The notes under the pieces: model-generated
Told to the model about the DNA's origin: nothing
The model's database searches: none
Seen by the model: only the letters and a program-made list of their open reading frames with translations
Source: Gemmatimonadota bacterium
Lineage (GTDB): Bacteria; Gemmatimonadota; Gemmatimonadetes; Gemmatimonadales; GWC2-71-9
Direction of reading: 5' to 3'
DNA: 32,611 nucleotides
NCBI GenBank assembly: GCA_041485045.1
Contig: JBGPIW010000001.1
Location: 1-32,611 of the forward strand
Position numbers and translations under genes: made by a program
Shown: in pieces, positions 8,536 to 17,121 of the stretch
Position numbering within the stretch: position 1 is the stretch's first letter
Layout of the letters: each line of letters opens with the position of its first letter

Positions 8536-8847
8536 CTATCGCAGTCGGACCTTGAAGCCCCCTCCGTCCTCATCCTGCGACCAGTCGGCGACTACCGTGG
8601 GAAGTTGCTGCAACAGGGCGGCTACCTTGCGCTTCAGCACGGGAGGACCCGCCGAGCCTTTCCCCCTGCCTGTGATCACGTGAACGACAAGACCTGAGCC
8701 TCGCCGCTGCCAGCGCTCGAGGAAACTCCGCGCCGCCCCTGCCGCCTCCGCTGCCCCGAAGCCGTGCAGATCGAGCCGCTCGGCGACCGGCGCGTCGAGC
8801 AGGGGGTCGGAAGCATCGAATCGGGGAGTCCCCCCACGGCGTTTCAC
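8536..8847 (-). CDS. Smr-domain protein
   Basis: The block LDLHGFGAAEAAGAARSFLERWQRRGSGLVVHVITGRGKGSAGPPVLKRKVAALL matches the Smr domain (LDLHG ... ITGxG). The start is uncertain. GTG at 8847 avoids a 107-nt overlap with the upstream gene, whereas the track ORF extends to ATG 8988. Confidence 0.6.
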   Translation of the reverse strand: MKRRGGTPRFDASDPLLDAPVAERLDLHGFGAAEAAGAARSFLERWQRRGSGLVVHVITGRGKGSAGPPVLKRKVAALLQQLPTVVADWSQDEDGGGFKVRLR

Positions 8848-8881
8848 GAAGGCGCCAGTCGCCGACGACCGCGCCGAGCAA

Positions 8882-9934
8882 TCAGTGGCTGATCGCGAAG
8901 AACCACGCCGCGATGACCGGACCCCGCGGTGGACGAGATCCCGGCTGGGGCGGCGGAGCGTCCGGGGCCGGCGCTGGCGCCGGCCCATACTCGGGCTGGA
9001 AGAGATACGCCACGTGCTTCACCGGATCCACCGTGATCGTCTTGGCGCCGCGCATTGTGGCGACGGTGGCCACCACCCTGTACGTGTCCGGTGAATCCTC
9101 ATGCACGACCGTGACGTTGCTGTCGCGCCCCGCGGGGATGTAGATGAGCTGCTCCACCGGGTCCCACCCCAGAGCGTCCACCCCATCGCCGTTGGTGACG
9201 GTGGCCACGACTTTGCCGGACGCGGGATCCACCACCACGGAGGTCTTACCGCACCCGACGAAGATCCGGTTCGTGGTGCGATCGTAGGCGATGCCCGTCG
9301 GGCCCTCGCACGGGGTGAGCGGCCACGAGGCCTGCACTTTCATGGTCGTCACGTCGATCACCTGCATGGTGCTCGTGCCTTCGTTGTTGACGAAGATCCT
9401 GCCCTTGCCGTCGCTCGCCGCGCCTTCCGGCGAGTTGTCCTCGAGCGGGGCCGTGCCCACGATGTCGCCGGTGTTGGCGTCGAGCGCCACGGCGCTCCCG
9501 ATCGGGCGGCTGTGATTCGTGAGGATGATCCGGTTGGAGAAATCCTCGTACATGATGCCGTCGAGGCCGCCGGTGGAGATCGGGATCTTCTTGATCACCG
9601 CCAGGCTCCGGAGGTCGAACATGGTGACGGTCGAATCGCCGCCGTTGGTGGTGAAACCGTGGTTCGACTTGGGCGCGAGCGCGATCCCGTGGATCCGAGG
9701 CGTGTCGGGAATGTCGCCCAAGATCTTGCCCGTCGCCCCATCGATTACCAGGACGTGTGTCGCGCGGGACACGAAGACGCGGCCCGTGCCGGGCTCCGCG
9801 GTCAGGTAATCGGTGCCGCCGTCGCCGCCGATGCTGAATTTCGCGACCGTGAACGTTTGGGCTCGGCTGACGTCTGGCCACGCCAGGGCGAAGGCGATGG
9901 CGAACGCAGGAACGATCGCGGAGTGTCTGATCAT
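8882..9934 (-). CDS. Secreted YncE/YVTN-type beta-propeller protein with Pro-rich C-terminal tail
   Basis: ATG at 9934. The signal peptide is MIRHSAIVPAFAIAFALAWPDVSRA|Q. Repeated blades are visible (GRVFVSRATHVLVIDGATGK, DSTVTMFDLRSL, GRIFVNNEGTSTMQVIDVTTMK, NRIFVGCGKTSVVVDPASGK). Confidence 0.75.
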   Translation of the reverse strand: MIRHSAIVPAFAIAFALAWPDVSRAQTFTVAKFSIGGDGGTDYLTAEPGTGRVFVSRATHVLVIDGATGKILGDIPDTPRIHGIALAPKSNHGFTTNGGDSTVTMFDLRSLAVIKKIPISTGGLDGIMYEDFSNRIILTNHSRPIGSAVALDANTGDIVGTAPLEDNSPEGAASDGKGRIFVNNEGTSTMQVIDVTTMKVQASWPLTPCEGPTGIAYDRTTNRIFVGCGKTSVVVDPASGKVVATVTNGDGVDALGWDPVEQLIYIPAGRDSNVTVVHEDSPDTYRVVATVATMRGAKTITVDPVKHVAYLFQPEYGPAPAPAPDAPPPQPGSRPPRGPVIAAWFFAISH

Positions 9935-10071
9935 ATGATCCTCAGAAGTGGAGGCGGGCGGTCATGGTCTCCAATGTAGACGACTGGCTGGTGGTGCGCT
10001 GCTCCACTCGTTTCCCTCGTCATATAGGTTCCTCCTTCCAGACACTAATCCCTGACACCACCGAGCGCGCG

Positions 10072-10578
10072 ATGTCGCCCGAGGCCCTGGAGCTGGAGCT
10101 CGAACGCCTGCACCCCATGGCCCTCGGCTGGGCAATCGCCTGCTGTGGGGGTGACCGCCATGCGGCGGAGGACGCCATGCAAGCGAGCTACCTGAAAATC
10201 CTGGACGGGCGTGCGCGGTTCGAAGGTCGCGCCACCTTTCGCACCTGGCTATTTGCGGTGGTGCGGCGCACCGCGGCCGAGCAGCGACGCCGGGCCGCGC
10301 TGCGGCGGCTCTTGCCGCTCGCTGTCCTCGGGGCGACACCCGACGGCCGGCCCGACCCGGCGTCGGCGTTGGCAAGTTCGGAGGCGACCAGCCGGCTCGT
10401 GGCGGCGCTGAGCGACCTGTCGCCTCGCCAGCGCGAGGTGCTGCACCTGGTCTTTTACCAGGACCTGACGATCGGCGGGGCGGCGGATGTGATGGGGGTC
10501 TCCCTTGGCACCGCCCGCACCCACTACGAGCGCGGCAAGGCGGCGCTCCGGAAGCTGCTCGAGGAGGATCGGGAATGA
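10072..10578 (+). CDS. ECF-type RNA polymerase sigma-70 family factor
   Basis: ATG at 10072 (MSPEAL...). It has a region-2-like FRTWLFAVVRRTAAEQRRR and a region-4 HTH, LSPRQREVLHLVFYQDLTIGGAADVMGVSLGTARTHYERGKAALRKLL. Confidence 0.85.
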   Translation: MSPEALELELERLHPMALGWAIACCGGDRHAAEDAMQASYLKILDGRARFEGRATFRTWLFAVVRRTAAEQRRRAALRRLLPLAVLGATPDGRPDPASALASSEATSRLVAALSDLSPRQREVLHLVFYQDLTIGGAADVMGVSLGTARTHYERGKAALRKLLEEDRE

Positions 10579-10916
10579 CCGAGCGCGATGATCACGATCT
10601 GCACGACCGGTTCCAGGAGCTGCGTCGCGAAGACCTGGAGCACGCGACACCGTTCATGACGATGCTCGCGACCGCCCGGGCGCGGCGGACCGTACCACCA
10701 CGCCGCGGCGCCCTCAGGCTTGCGCCCGCGGTCGTCGCAGCCGTTGCTCTGTTCTTCCTCTTGAGCCGTCGGCATCGGGACGGGGTGCCGATCGACCTCG
10801 CGACCGTACGCTGGCAGGCGCCCACCGATTTCCTGCTCCAGCTCCCGGGCGAGGAGCTGCTGCGCACCGTACCAGAGTTCCTCACTCCACACGACCTTGA
10901 CCGGAGGATTCCATGA
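10575..10916 (+). CDS. Putative single-pass membrane anti-sigma factor
   Basis: Its start overlaps the sigma-factor stop (ATGA at 10575-10578). It contains one hydrophobic span (LRLAPAVVAAVALFFLL). The position immediately after an ECF sigma is typical for a cognate anti-sigma. No recognisable ZAS motif is present. Confidence 0.5.
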   Translation: MTERDDHDLHDRFQELRREDLEHATPFMTMLATARARRTVPPRRGALRLAPAVVAAVALFFLLSRRHRDGVPIDLATVRWQAPTDFLLQLPGEELLRTVPEFLTPHDLDRRIP

Positions 10917-11359
10917 AACTGCTTCGTATCGCTCTCGTCCCAGCCCTGGCCCTGGCCTTCGTCGCCACGGCCGGAGCGCAGCAGCCGACCCAGCCCCCGC
11001 AGCCGCCCGACGACCCGCTGGCGCGCGTGCTCTTCCCCCCGGAGCTCGTGATGCAGCACCAACAGGACATCGCGCTCCGTCCCGAGCAGCGCGCCACCAT
11101 CACGAAGGCGATCCAGGACTTCCAGGCGAAGGTGGTGGACCTGCAGTGGCGTATGCAGGAACAGTCGCAACGGCTTGTCGCCTTGCTCCAGCGGCCGGCG
11201 GTCGATCAGGCCGCGGCGCTGGCGCAGGTGGACGAGGTACTGGGAGTGGAGCGCGAGGTGAAGCGCGCGCACCTCGGGCTCCTGATCCTGATCAAGAACA
11301 CGCTGACGGCGGAGCAGCAGGCGCAGCTTACCGCGGCACGGGGGGCGGCGCTGCGGTGA
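10913..11359 (+). CDS. Periplasmic Spy/CpxP-family (LTXXQ-motif) protein
   Basis: Its start overlaps the previous stop (ATGA). The signal peptide is MKLLRIALVPALALAFVATAGA|QQ. The body is helical and Q/A-rich, with an LTAEQQAQL (LTXXQ) motif. Confidence 0.6.
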   Translation: MKLLRIALVPALALAFVATAGAQQPTQPPQPPDDPLARVLFPPELVMQHQQDIALRPEQRATITKAIQDFQAKVVDLQWRMQEQSQRLVALLQRPAVDQAAALAQVDEVLGVEREVKRAHLGLLILIKNTLTAEQQAQLTAARGAALR

Positions 11360-11372
11360 CGGCGTGGGCGCC

Positions 11373-11855
11373 TTACCGCCGCAGCCGCCGGATCTCCTCC
11401 AGGACCTCGATGTCCGCCGCGTCCTGGAGGCGACCGGTGCGCTTCGACGCGATCAGATCGTCGAGGCCGACGAGCGGAATCGGCACGCCCTCCACGTCCA
11501 CGACCTCCCCGCGGGGCGCCGCCTGCTCGTACTTGACCTGCCAGGCGACCGTGAAGACATCCACCGCGGGATCGTCGCCGATCACGGTGACCGGCCGCTT
11601 CAGGATCTCCGCCGCGGCCCATTCGCGCGCGAAGCCGTAGCCGACGCGCGCGAGCCCCTGAAGCACCCGCTCGGCGTTCGCTTCGGTCCGCTCGATCAGG
11701 ATGTCCACGTCTTCCGTCGCCCGCGCATAGCCGTGCAGGATGCACGCCACTCCACCGATCACGAGATACTTCGCTTCGGATCGGTTGAGCGCGGCACACA
11801 CTTGAGCTGCGATCGTCCGAGGGTCTACCCCCCGGCGCGGTTCGCCTTCTTCCAC
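11373..11855 (-). CDS. Nucleotidyltransferase-fold protein (putative toxin-like partner of the upstream RHH protein)
   Basis: The block KYLVIGGVACILHGYARATEDVDILI is the G[GS]..hG..R.T.D[IV]D signature of minimal NTase-fold proteins. C-terminally it has IPLVGLDDLIASKRTGRLQDAADIEVL. The GTG start at 11855 overlaps the RHH gene by 31 nt. An alternative GTG lies at 11801. Confidence 0.55.
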   Translation of the reverse strand: MEEGEPRRGVDPRTIAAQVCAALNRSEAKYLVIGGVACILHGYARATEDVDILIERTEANAERVLQGLARVGYGFAREWAAAEILKRPVTVIGDDPAVDVFTVAWQVKYEQAAPRGEVVDVEGVPIPLVGLDDLIASKRTGRLQDAADIEVLEEIRRLRR

Positions 11856-12205
11856 TCGTAGAAGTCCTCGTAGGAGTCGAATCCGATGACCTGGTGCCGC
11901 GGGCCACGCCCGCGGCGCCGCTGGCGCGCCAGGCGTGCCAGCTCCTCGGCCCGGCGCAACCGCTCTGCCGGCGAGCGGGCGAGATCGGTCGCCAGGTGCC
12001 GCCGGCGCGCCTCCGCCACTTCCGCGATCGCGTACACGGGCGCGTCGGCTTCCCGCACCTGTGCCGCGACTAATGGGGGGCCCTGGTACGCCCGCAACGC
12101 CTCGACGATCACCCAGCTGCGCGAGCGGTCGAGCTCCCGGGCCCGCCGGTCGGCACTCTGGAGGACGTCCCGGGGCAGCGTGATGGAAATTCGCTCGAAT
12201 GACAT
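11825..12205 (-). CDS. Ribbon-helix-helix (CopG/MetJ-type) DNA-binding protein, antitoxin-like
   Basis: The N-terminus ISITLPRDVLQSADRRARELDRSRSWVIVEALRAY is a canonical RHH (beta strand, helix, helix). ATG at 12205-12203, stop TAG at 11827-11825. Confidence 0.65.
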   Translation of the reverse strand: MSFERISITLPRDVLQSADRRARELDRSRSWVIVEALRAYQGPPLVAAQVREADAPVYAIAEVAEARRRHLATDLARSPAERLRRAEELARLARQRRRGRGPRHQVIGFDSYEDFYEWKKANRAGG

Positions 12206-12215
12206 TAGTATTACT

Positions 12216-12226
12216 CGATAATATCG
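12216..12226. promoter_or_regulatory. 11-bp palindrome CGATA-A-TATCG immediately upstream of the RHH gene (candidate autoregulatory operator)
   Basis: Read directly from the sequence: cgataatatcg at 12216-12226, 11 nt upstream of the RHH ATG. It sits in the only AT-rich patch of this intergenic region. Confidence 0.35.
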
Positions 12227-12269
12227 GATACGATCAACCTACAGCCGGAGGGCGCTCGCCGCAACCGGG

Positions 12270-12728
12270 TCACCGCACGGGCGCCACCGTGAGCTTTTTC
12301 AGCTCTTTCAAGAGGCGCCGCTGCGCCGTCGCGTCCTTCGCGGCAATGAAGATGGTGTCGTCCCCCGCGATGGTGCCGACCACGTCCCCCCACGCCATAC
12401 GATCGAGCGCCAGGCCCACCGCGCTCGCCTCGCCGGGCGGGGTGTGCAGCACGACGAGGGAGTCGCCCGCGGTCTCGATCCCGATGACGTCCTCGGCGAC
12501 GCGGCGCAGGTCGGGGTCAGGGGAATGCGCCGCCACCGACGGCTGCCGCTGGTAGGCGCCCCCCGACTTCACGAGGCGCAGTGCCTTGATGTCGCGGCTC
12601 ACCGACGACTGGGTGACGTCCCACCCCTCGGCCGCGAGCGCTTCGGCCAGCTCCTCCTGGGTGCGGATCGCTCGTGTGCTGATCAGCTCGAGGATCTTGA
12701 GGAGGCGCTTGCGGCGCTCGGCGCTCAC
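12270..12728 (-). CDS. argR: Arginine repressor ArgR
   Basis: It has a winged-helix N-domain (TQEELAEALAAEGWDVTQSSVSRDIKAL) and a C-terminal oligomerisation/arginine-binding block (VVGTIAGDDTIFIA). The GTG start at 12728 overlaps the argH stop (GTGA). Confidence 0.85.
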   Translation of the reverse strand: MSAERRKRLLKILELISTRAIRTQEELAEALAAEGWDVTQSSVSRDIKALRLVKSGGAYQRQPSVAAHSPDPDLRRVAEDVIGIETAGDSLVVLHTPPGEASAVGLALDRMAWGDVVGTIAGDDTIFIAAKDATAQRRLLKELKKLTVAPVR

Positions 12729-14110
12729 GGGGCGAAGACCTCGGGATCGAAGCCCGCCAACCGCTCGAGCGCGGCCGCGTAGCGGCGGCGCGCCTTGGTC
12801 CCCCACCGCCGCCGCGCGGCGAGACGCGCCCGCACGGGACCGAGGTCGAGGTTGCCGAGGCCGCCGGGACTCTTGCGACGCGCCAGCGGATCGGGCGCGG
12901 GGAACCGCTCGCCGCGTGTGACGGCAGCCGCCACGGCCCGATACGCGGCGCGGAACGGCTCACCTGCCTCCGTCCGGCGCAGCACCTCGTCGGTCGCGAG
13001 AGGGCCACCGGCGAGCAGCGCGGCTCCGCGCGCGCGATCGACATCGAGCTGCGGCACGACGGCGGCCAGCATCGCGAGCATCTCGCGGGTGCGATCGAGA
13101 CCGCGCAGCAACGGCTCTTTCAAGAGCTGGAAGTCGCGGTGATAGCCGCTGCCGAGCTTCGATTTGAGCGACAGGACCGCGACGAGGTCGGTGTCGAGCG
13201 CCGCGGCGCGGCCCCGGGTCAGCTCGAAGACGTCGGGATTGCGCTTGTGGGGCATCAGGCTCGACCCGGTGGCGAGCGCGCGCGGCAGGACCAGCAACCC
13301 ATACTCCTCGCCGCTGTACAGCACGGCGTCGGTCGCGAGCTTGCCCGCCTCGTGACCCAGCTCGGCGCACCAGGCGAGCACCGCGGCCTCGAGCTTGCCG
13401 CGGCCGTTCTGCACTGTTGCGACGTTGTGCTCCGGCGCGGCGAAGCCCAGGGCGCGCGAGGCGGCGGCGCGCTTCAACGGCAGCGGCACGCCGTACCCGG
13501 CAGCGCTGCCCAGCGGGCAGCGATCGATTCGCGCCCAGAGCGCGGGCAACGATTCGAGTGTGTCGAGGATGCCCTCGGCGAACGCCGCCGCCCAGAGCCC
13601 CGCGGACGACGGCATCGCGCGGCGCTGATGGGTGTACCCGGGCCACAGGGCAGCGCGATGACGCGCGGCGAATTGCGTGAGCGCTTGCGCCAGTGTCGCT
13701 GCCGAATCGTGGATCTCGAGCAGCGCGGCCTTGAGGTAGAGCCGGAGATCGCAGGCGATCTGGTCGTTGCGCGAGCGGCCGGTGTGGAGCCGTTGCCCGG
13801 CCGCACCCAGGCGACGCGTCAGCCACTCCTCGACGGCGGTGTGGGCGTCCTCCTGCCGGGCGCCGATGCGCAGCTTTCCGTCCTGGGCGGCCCGGAGCCC
13901 CGCCCGCAGACCGGCGCGCAGTGAGCGATGGTCCGAAGGCGAGAGGAGCCCTGACGCGCGCAACCCCTCGACGTGGCCCAGGCTGCCGATCACGTCCCAG
14001 GGGAGCAGCCGCGCATCCCAGTAGCGGTCGTCGCCAACTGTATAGGCGAGCATCTGCGCGTCGGCGCCGTCGCCGGTCTGCGACCAAAGCGTCCCGGGGC
14101 GGCGCTTCAC
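12725..14110 (-). CDS. argH: Argininosuccinate lyase
   Basis: Fumarate-lyase superfamily blocks are present: TGRSRNDQ, GYTHQRRAMP and the signature GSSLMPHKRNPD. The GTG start at 14110 overlaps the upstream stop (GTGA). The track ORF extension to 14221 is rejected. Confidence 0.9.
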   Translation of the reverse strand: MKRRPGTLWSQTGDGADAQMLAYTVGDDRYWDARLLPWDVIGSLGHVEGLRASGLLSPSDHRSLRAGLRAGLRAAQDGKLRIGARQEDAHTAVEEWLTRRLGAAGQRLHTGRSRNDQIACDLRLYLKAALLEIHDSAATLAQALTQFAARHRAALWPGYTHQRRAMPSSAGLWAAAFAEGILDTLESLPALWARIDRCPLGSAAGYGVPLPLKRAAASRALGFAAPEHNVATVQNGRGKLEAAVLAWCAELGHEAGKLATDAVLYSGEEYGLLVLPRALATGSSLMPHKRNPDVFELTRGRAAALDTDLVAVLSLKSKLGSGYHRDFQLLKEPLLRGLDRTREMLAMLAAVVPQLDVDRARGAALLAGGPLATDEVLRRTEAGEPFRAAYRAVAAAVTRGERFPAPDPLARRKSPGGLGNLDLGPVRARLAARRRWGTKARRRYAAALERLAGFDPEVFAP

Positions 14111-15195
14111 GTCAGATACTCCGCGGCGAGCCGCGCGTAGAACCCTCGCGCGGCCGTCACTTCCGACAGGGTCACCCACTCGTCGGGCGCGTGGCTGTTG
14201 CGGCTCGTGCCGGGCCCGCACTTGATGGCGTCGTGGTCCTTCAGGAACACCCAGTCGGAGCAGGTGGGGCTGCCGAAGCAGCGCGCCTCAGGCCGCACCC
14301 GCAGGGCCGCAGCAAGAAGGCGGGAGTTCGCCGGCGTCTCGCACGGAACGAGGCGGTCGGAGGTGACCACGACCTCGCTCTCGAGCGACTGCCGCAGCGC
14401 GTCGGCGATCTCGGTGTGCGACCAGGCCGGCGTGGTGCGCACATCGAGCACGGCGCGCGCCACGGGCGGCGTGACGTTGCGGCCCACCCCAGCCTCGAGC
14501 ATCGTCGGCGTGATCGTGGGGTGACCGAGCACCGGGTGGACGCGCTCACGCGCCACCCCCTCCAGCGCGATCAGGTCGCGCGCCAGTCGCTGCGTCGCGT
14601 TGACGAACCCGCCGCCATTGCCCGCTGCGGCGTCCGCGTACCCGGCGTGCCGCTGGTCGCCGCGCGCGACGAGATCGACCATCATCAGGCCGCGCTGGGC
14701 GACCGCGATATCGAGGTTGGTCGGCTCGCCCACGACGGCGGCGTCGATCGAACCCGCGGACGCGGCCAGCTCGGGCATAGACGTATGGCGCGTTTCCTCG
14801 CCGTAGCCCAGCAACACGAGCAGGCGGCCGCGCGGCGGGCCACCGCGCTGCACCACGTCGTGCGCGGCCGAGAGCATCGCAACCACGGATGCCTTGGCGT
14901 CGCCCGAGCCGCGGCCGTACAGCCTGCCGTCCTCGAACACCGGGGTGAATGGATCGCGCGTCCACCCCTCGCCTGGCGGAACGACGTCCAGGTGGGAGAC
15001 CAGCGCCAGGGTGGGACCGGGAGCCCGGCCCGCGATCTCGACCTTCACGCCACTGGCATCGCGCGTCACGGCCAAGCCCCAGCGGCGCGCGGCATCCTCG
15101 ACCTGCCGCGCCACGGCCTCCTCGCTGCCGCTCACCGACGGCGTGGCGACGAGCTCGGCCAGGAGGGCGATCTCAGTCGGCGAGGTCGGCTTCAA
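14107..15195 (-). CDS. M20-family deacylase (ArgE/DapE-like; acyl-citrulline or acyl-ornithine deacylase)
   Basis: M20 motifs are present: LALVSHLDVVPPGEGWTRDPF and LYGRGSGDAKASV. The only in-frame start is TTG at 15195, which overlaps the argB 3' end by 23 nt. Confidence 0.75.
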   Translation of the reverse strand: MKPTSPTEIALLAELVATPSVSGSEEAVARQVEDAARRWGLAVTRDASGVKVEIAGRAPGPTLALVSHLDVVPPGEGWTRDPFTPVFEDGRLYGRGSGDAKASVVAMLSAAHDVVQRGGPPRGRLLVLLGYGEETRHTSMPELAASAGSIDAAVVGEPTNLDIAVAQRGLMMVDLVARGDQRHAGYADAAAGNGGGFVNATQRLARDLIALEGVARERVHPVLGHPTITPTMLEAGVGRNVTPPVARAVLDVRTTPAWSHTEIADALRQSLESEVVVTSDRLVPCETPANSRLLAAALRVRPEARCFGSPTCSDWVFLKDHDAIKCGPGTSRNSHAPDEWVTLSEVTAARGFYARLAAEYLT

Positions 15196-16111
15196 GCTCC
15201 GACGTCTCCTTACGGCCGACGATCATGGTGCCGCACCCGACGCCGGTGAACACCTCGAGCAACAGCGAGTCGGGCGCGCGTCCATCGATGATGTGGGTGC
15301 GCTCCACTCCCTTGGTGGCGGCGCGGATGCACGCCTCGACCTTGGGGCGCATGCCGCCGATCAGGGCGCCGCTGGCCATGAGCTCGGCGAGATCGCCAGG
15401 GTCGGCGAAAGTGACGAGCGTAGCCGCGTCGTGCCGGTCGCGCAGCACCCCGGGCGCGCCGGTGAGGAAAATCAGCTTCTGGGCGTGGAGCGCCACGGCG
15501 AGCGCTTCGGCCACGGTATCGGCGTTGACGTTGTACACGCCGCCGTCCACGTCGCCCGCGAGGCTCGCCACCACCGGGACGAAGCGGGCGTCGAGCAATG
15601 TCTTCAGGAGGTGCGGGTCGACGCGGTCGATGTCGCCGACGTGGCCGTAGTCGATCACGCGCGTTTCCCCATCGTCATCTGTCACGGTGACGGGAGGACG
15701 GCGGTGTGCGGTGAGCAGCTCGCCGTCCACGCCGGAGATCCCCACCGCCTGGACGCGGTGCCCGCGCAGCGCCGACAGCACGGCGACGTTGAGCTGCCCC
15801 CCGTACACCATCGTCACGATCTCCAACGTCTTGTCGTCGGTGACGCGGCGTCCCGCCACCAGCTCGGGCTCGATGCCGAGGCGACGGGAGAGCAGGGTCG
15901 CCTGCGCACCGCCGCCGTGCACCACGACGATGCGGATGCCGAGCGAGGCGAGCAAAGCGAGCTGCGCCGCCACGCCATCCAGCACGTCTGCGTCGTCCAG
16001 CACCTCGCCGCCGAGCTTCACCACGAACACCCGGTCGCGATAGGCGCGCACGTAGCGCAACGCGCCCTTCAACCCCACGATCCCCCTCGCCGGCTCGATC
16101 GCCGCGGTCAT
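15173..16111 (-). CDS. argB: Acetylglutamate kinase (kinase domain only, 312 aa, no fused GNAT/NAGS domain)
   Basis: Amino-acid-kinase blocks are present: VVKLGGEVL, IVVVHGGG and YNVNADTVAEALA. ATG at 16111 overlaps the argF' stop (ATGA). The track ORF upstream extension to 16600 is rejected. Confidence 0.9.
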   Translation of the reverse strand: MTAAIEPARGIVGLKGALRYVRAYRDRVFVVKLGGEVLDDADVLDGVAAQLALLASLGIRIVVVHGGGAQATLLSRRLGIEPELVAGRRVTDDKTLEIVTMVYGGQLNVAVLSALRGHRVQAVGISGVDGELLTAHRRPPVTVTDDDGETRVIDYGHVGDIDRVDPHLLKTLLDARFVPVVASLAGDVDGGVYNVNADTVAEALAVALHAQKLIFLTGAPGVLRDRHDAATLVTFADPGDLAELMASGALIGGMRPKVEACIRAATKGVERTHIIDGRAPDSLLLEVFTGVGCGTMIVGRKETSELEADLAD

Positions 16112-17121
16112 GTCCGTCCTCCCATGAGTTCCAGCAGCAACGCCCGCTGGGCGTGCAGGCGGTTCTCCGCCTCGTCCACCACCACCGAATTCGGCCCGTC
16201 GAGCACCGCGTCGTCGATCTCGACGTTGCGGCGCACCGGCAGGCAGTGCATCACGATCCCGCGTCCGCCGCGGGTGGCGCGCAGCCGCTGTTCGGTCAGC
16301 CGCCACGCCCGGAACGGGGTGCGCAGCGCCCGCTCTTCCTCTGGGCGCCCGAACGCCTCGAGCGAGCCCCAGCTTTTCACATAGACGGCATCGGCGCCGG
16401 CGAGCCCCGCGTCCAGGTCGTCGCACAGCCGGGCCGAGCCTCCCGCTTCGCGGGCCAGTCGCTCGATGAGCGCCTGATCCTCGGGGTCGAGGTCGAATCC
16501 GGGCGGGCGGGTGAGCACCACCTCCATGCCGAGCTGCGCCGCGGCGAGCGCCGCGCTCGCGGGCACGGCGGTCGGGAGCGCCTTGGGGTGCCAGGCCCAC
16601 ACCAGCGCGAACCTCTTGCCGCGCGGATCACCGAGCCGCTCGCGCAGCGTCATCGCGTCGGCCAGCGCCTGACACGGGTGGCGGCGCGCCGACTCGAGGT
16701 TGATTACCGGCTTGTCCGAGAAGCGCGCGAAGTCTTTGATGAGGCGATCCTCGCGCTCGGCGGTCCAGTCGGTGCCCTTGGGGAAGGCGCGCACGGCGAG
16801 CGCGTCGGCATAGCGCGCCAGCACGCGGGCCGCCTCAGTGACGTGCTCGACCGTCGCACCGTCCATCACGGCGCCGGGCTCGGTCTCGAGCGCCCAGCTC
16901 CCCTTGCCGGGCTCGAGCACGAGAGCGTGGCCGCCGTGCAGGAACATGGCCGTTTCCATGCTGCTGCGGGTGCGGAGGCTCGGGTCGAGAAACACCATCG
17001 CCAGCACTTTGCGCTCGAGCCCGCCCGTGATCTCGCCGCGCTTCACGCGCGCCGCGAGCGCCAGCAGGCCATCCACCGCCTCCGGGCTCCAGTCCTCGAG
17101 GGCGAGGAAGTCGCGCGACAC
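16108..17121 (-). CDS. argF: N-acyl-L-ornithine carbamoyltransferase (ArgF'; AOTCase/SOTCase type, not a classical OTCase)
   Basis: It has SLRTRSS in place of the OTCase STRTR, together with HPCQALAD, HCLPVRRNVEIDDAVLD and DEAENRLHAQ. By recall it is collinear with Xanthomonas N-acetylornithine carbamoyltransferase. The GTG start at 17121 shares 1 nt with the argD TAG. Confidence 0.85.
   Translation of the reverse strand: MSRDFLALEDWSPEAVDGLLALAARVKRGEITGGLERKVLAMVFLDPSLRTRSSMETAMFLHGGHALVLEPGKGSWALETEPGAVMDGATVEHVTEAARVLARYADALAVRAFPKGTDWTAEREDRLIKDFARFSDKPVINLESARRHPCQALADAMTLRERLGDPRGKRFALVWAWHPKALPTAVPASAALAAAQLGMEVVLTRPPGFDLDPEDQALIERLAREAGGSARLCDDLDAGLAGADAVYVKSWGSLEAFGRPEEERALRTPFRAWRLTEQRLRATRGGRGIVMHCLPVRRNVEIDDAVLDGPNSVVVDEAENRLHAQRALLLELMGGRT

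Noticed and set aside
12208-12240. Apparent promoter TTGATC-18-TAATAC upstream of the RHH gene
   Set aside because: The -10 candidate ends only 2 nt before the ATG, so the transcript would start inside the coding sequence. Alternative hexamer combinations have poor -35 elements or wrong spacing. Only the palindrome was retained.
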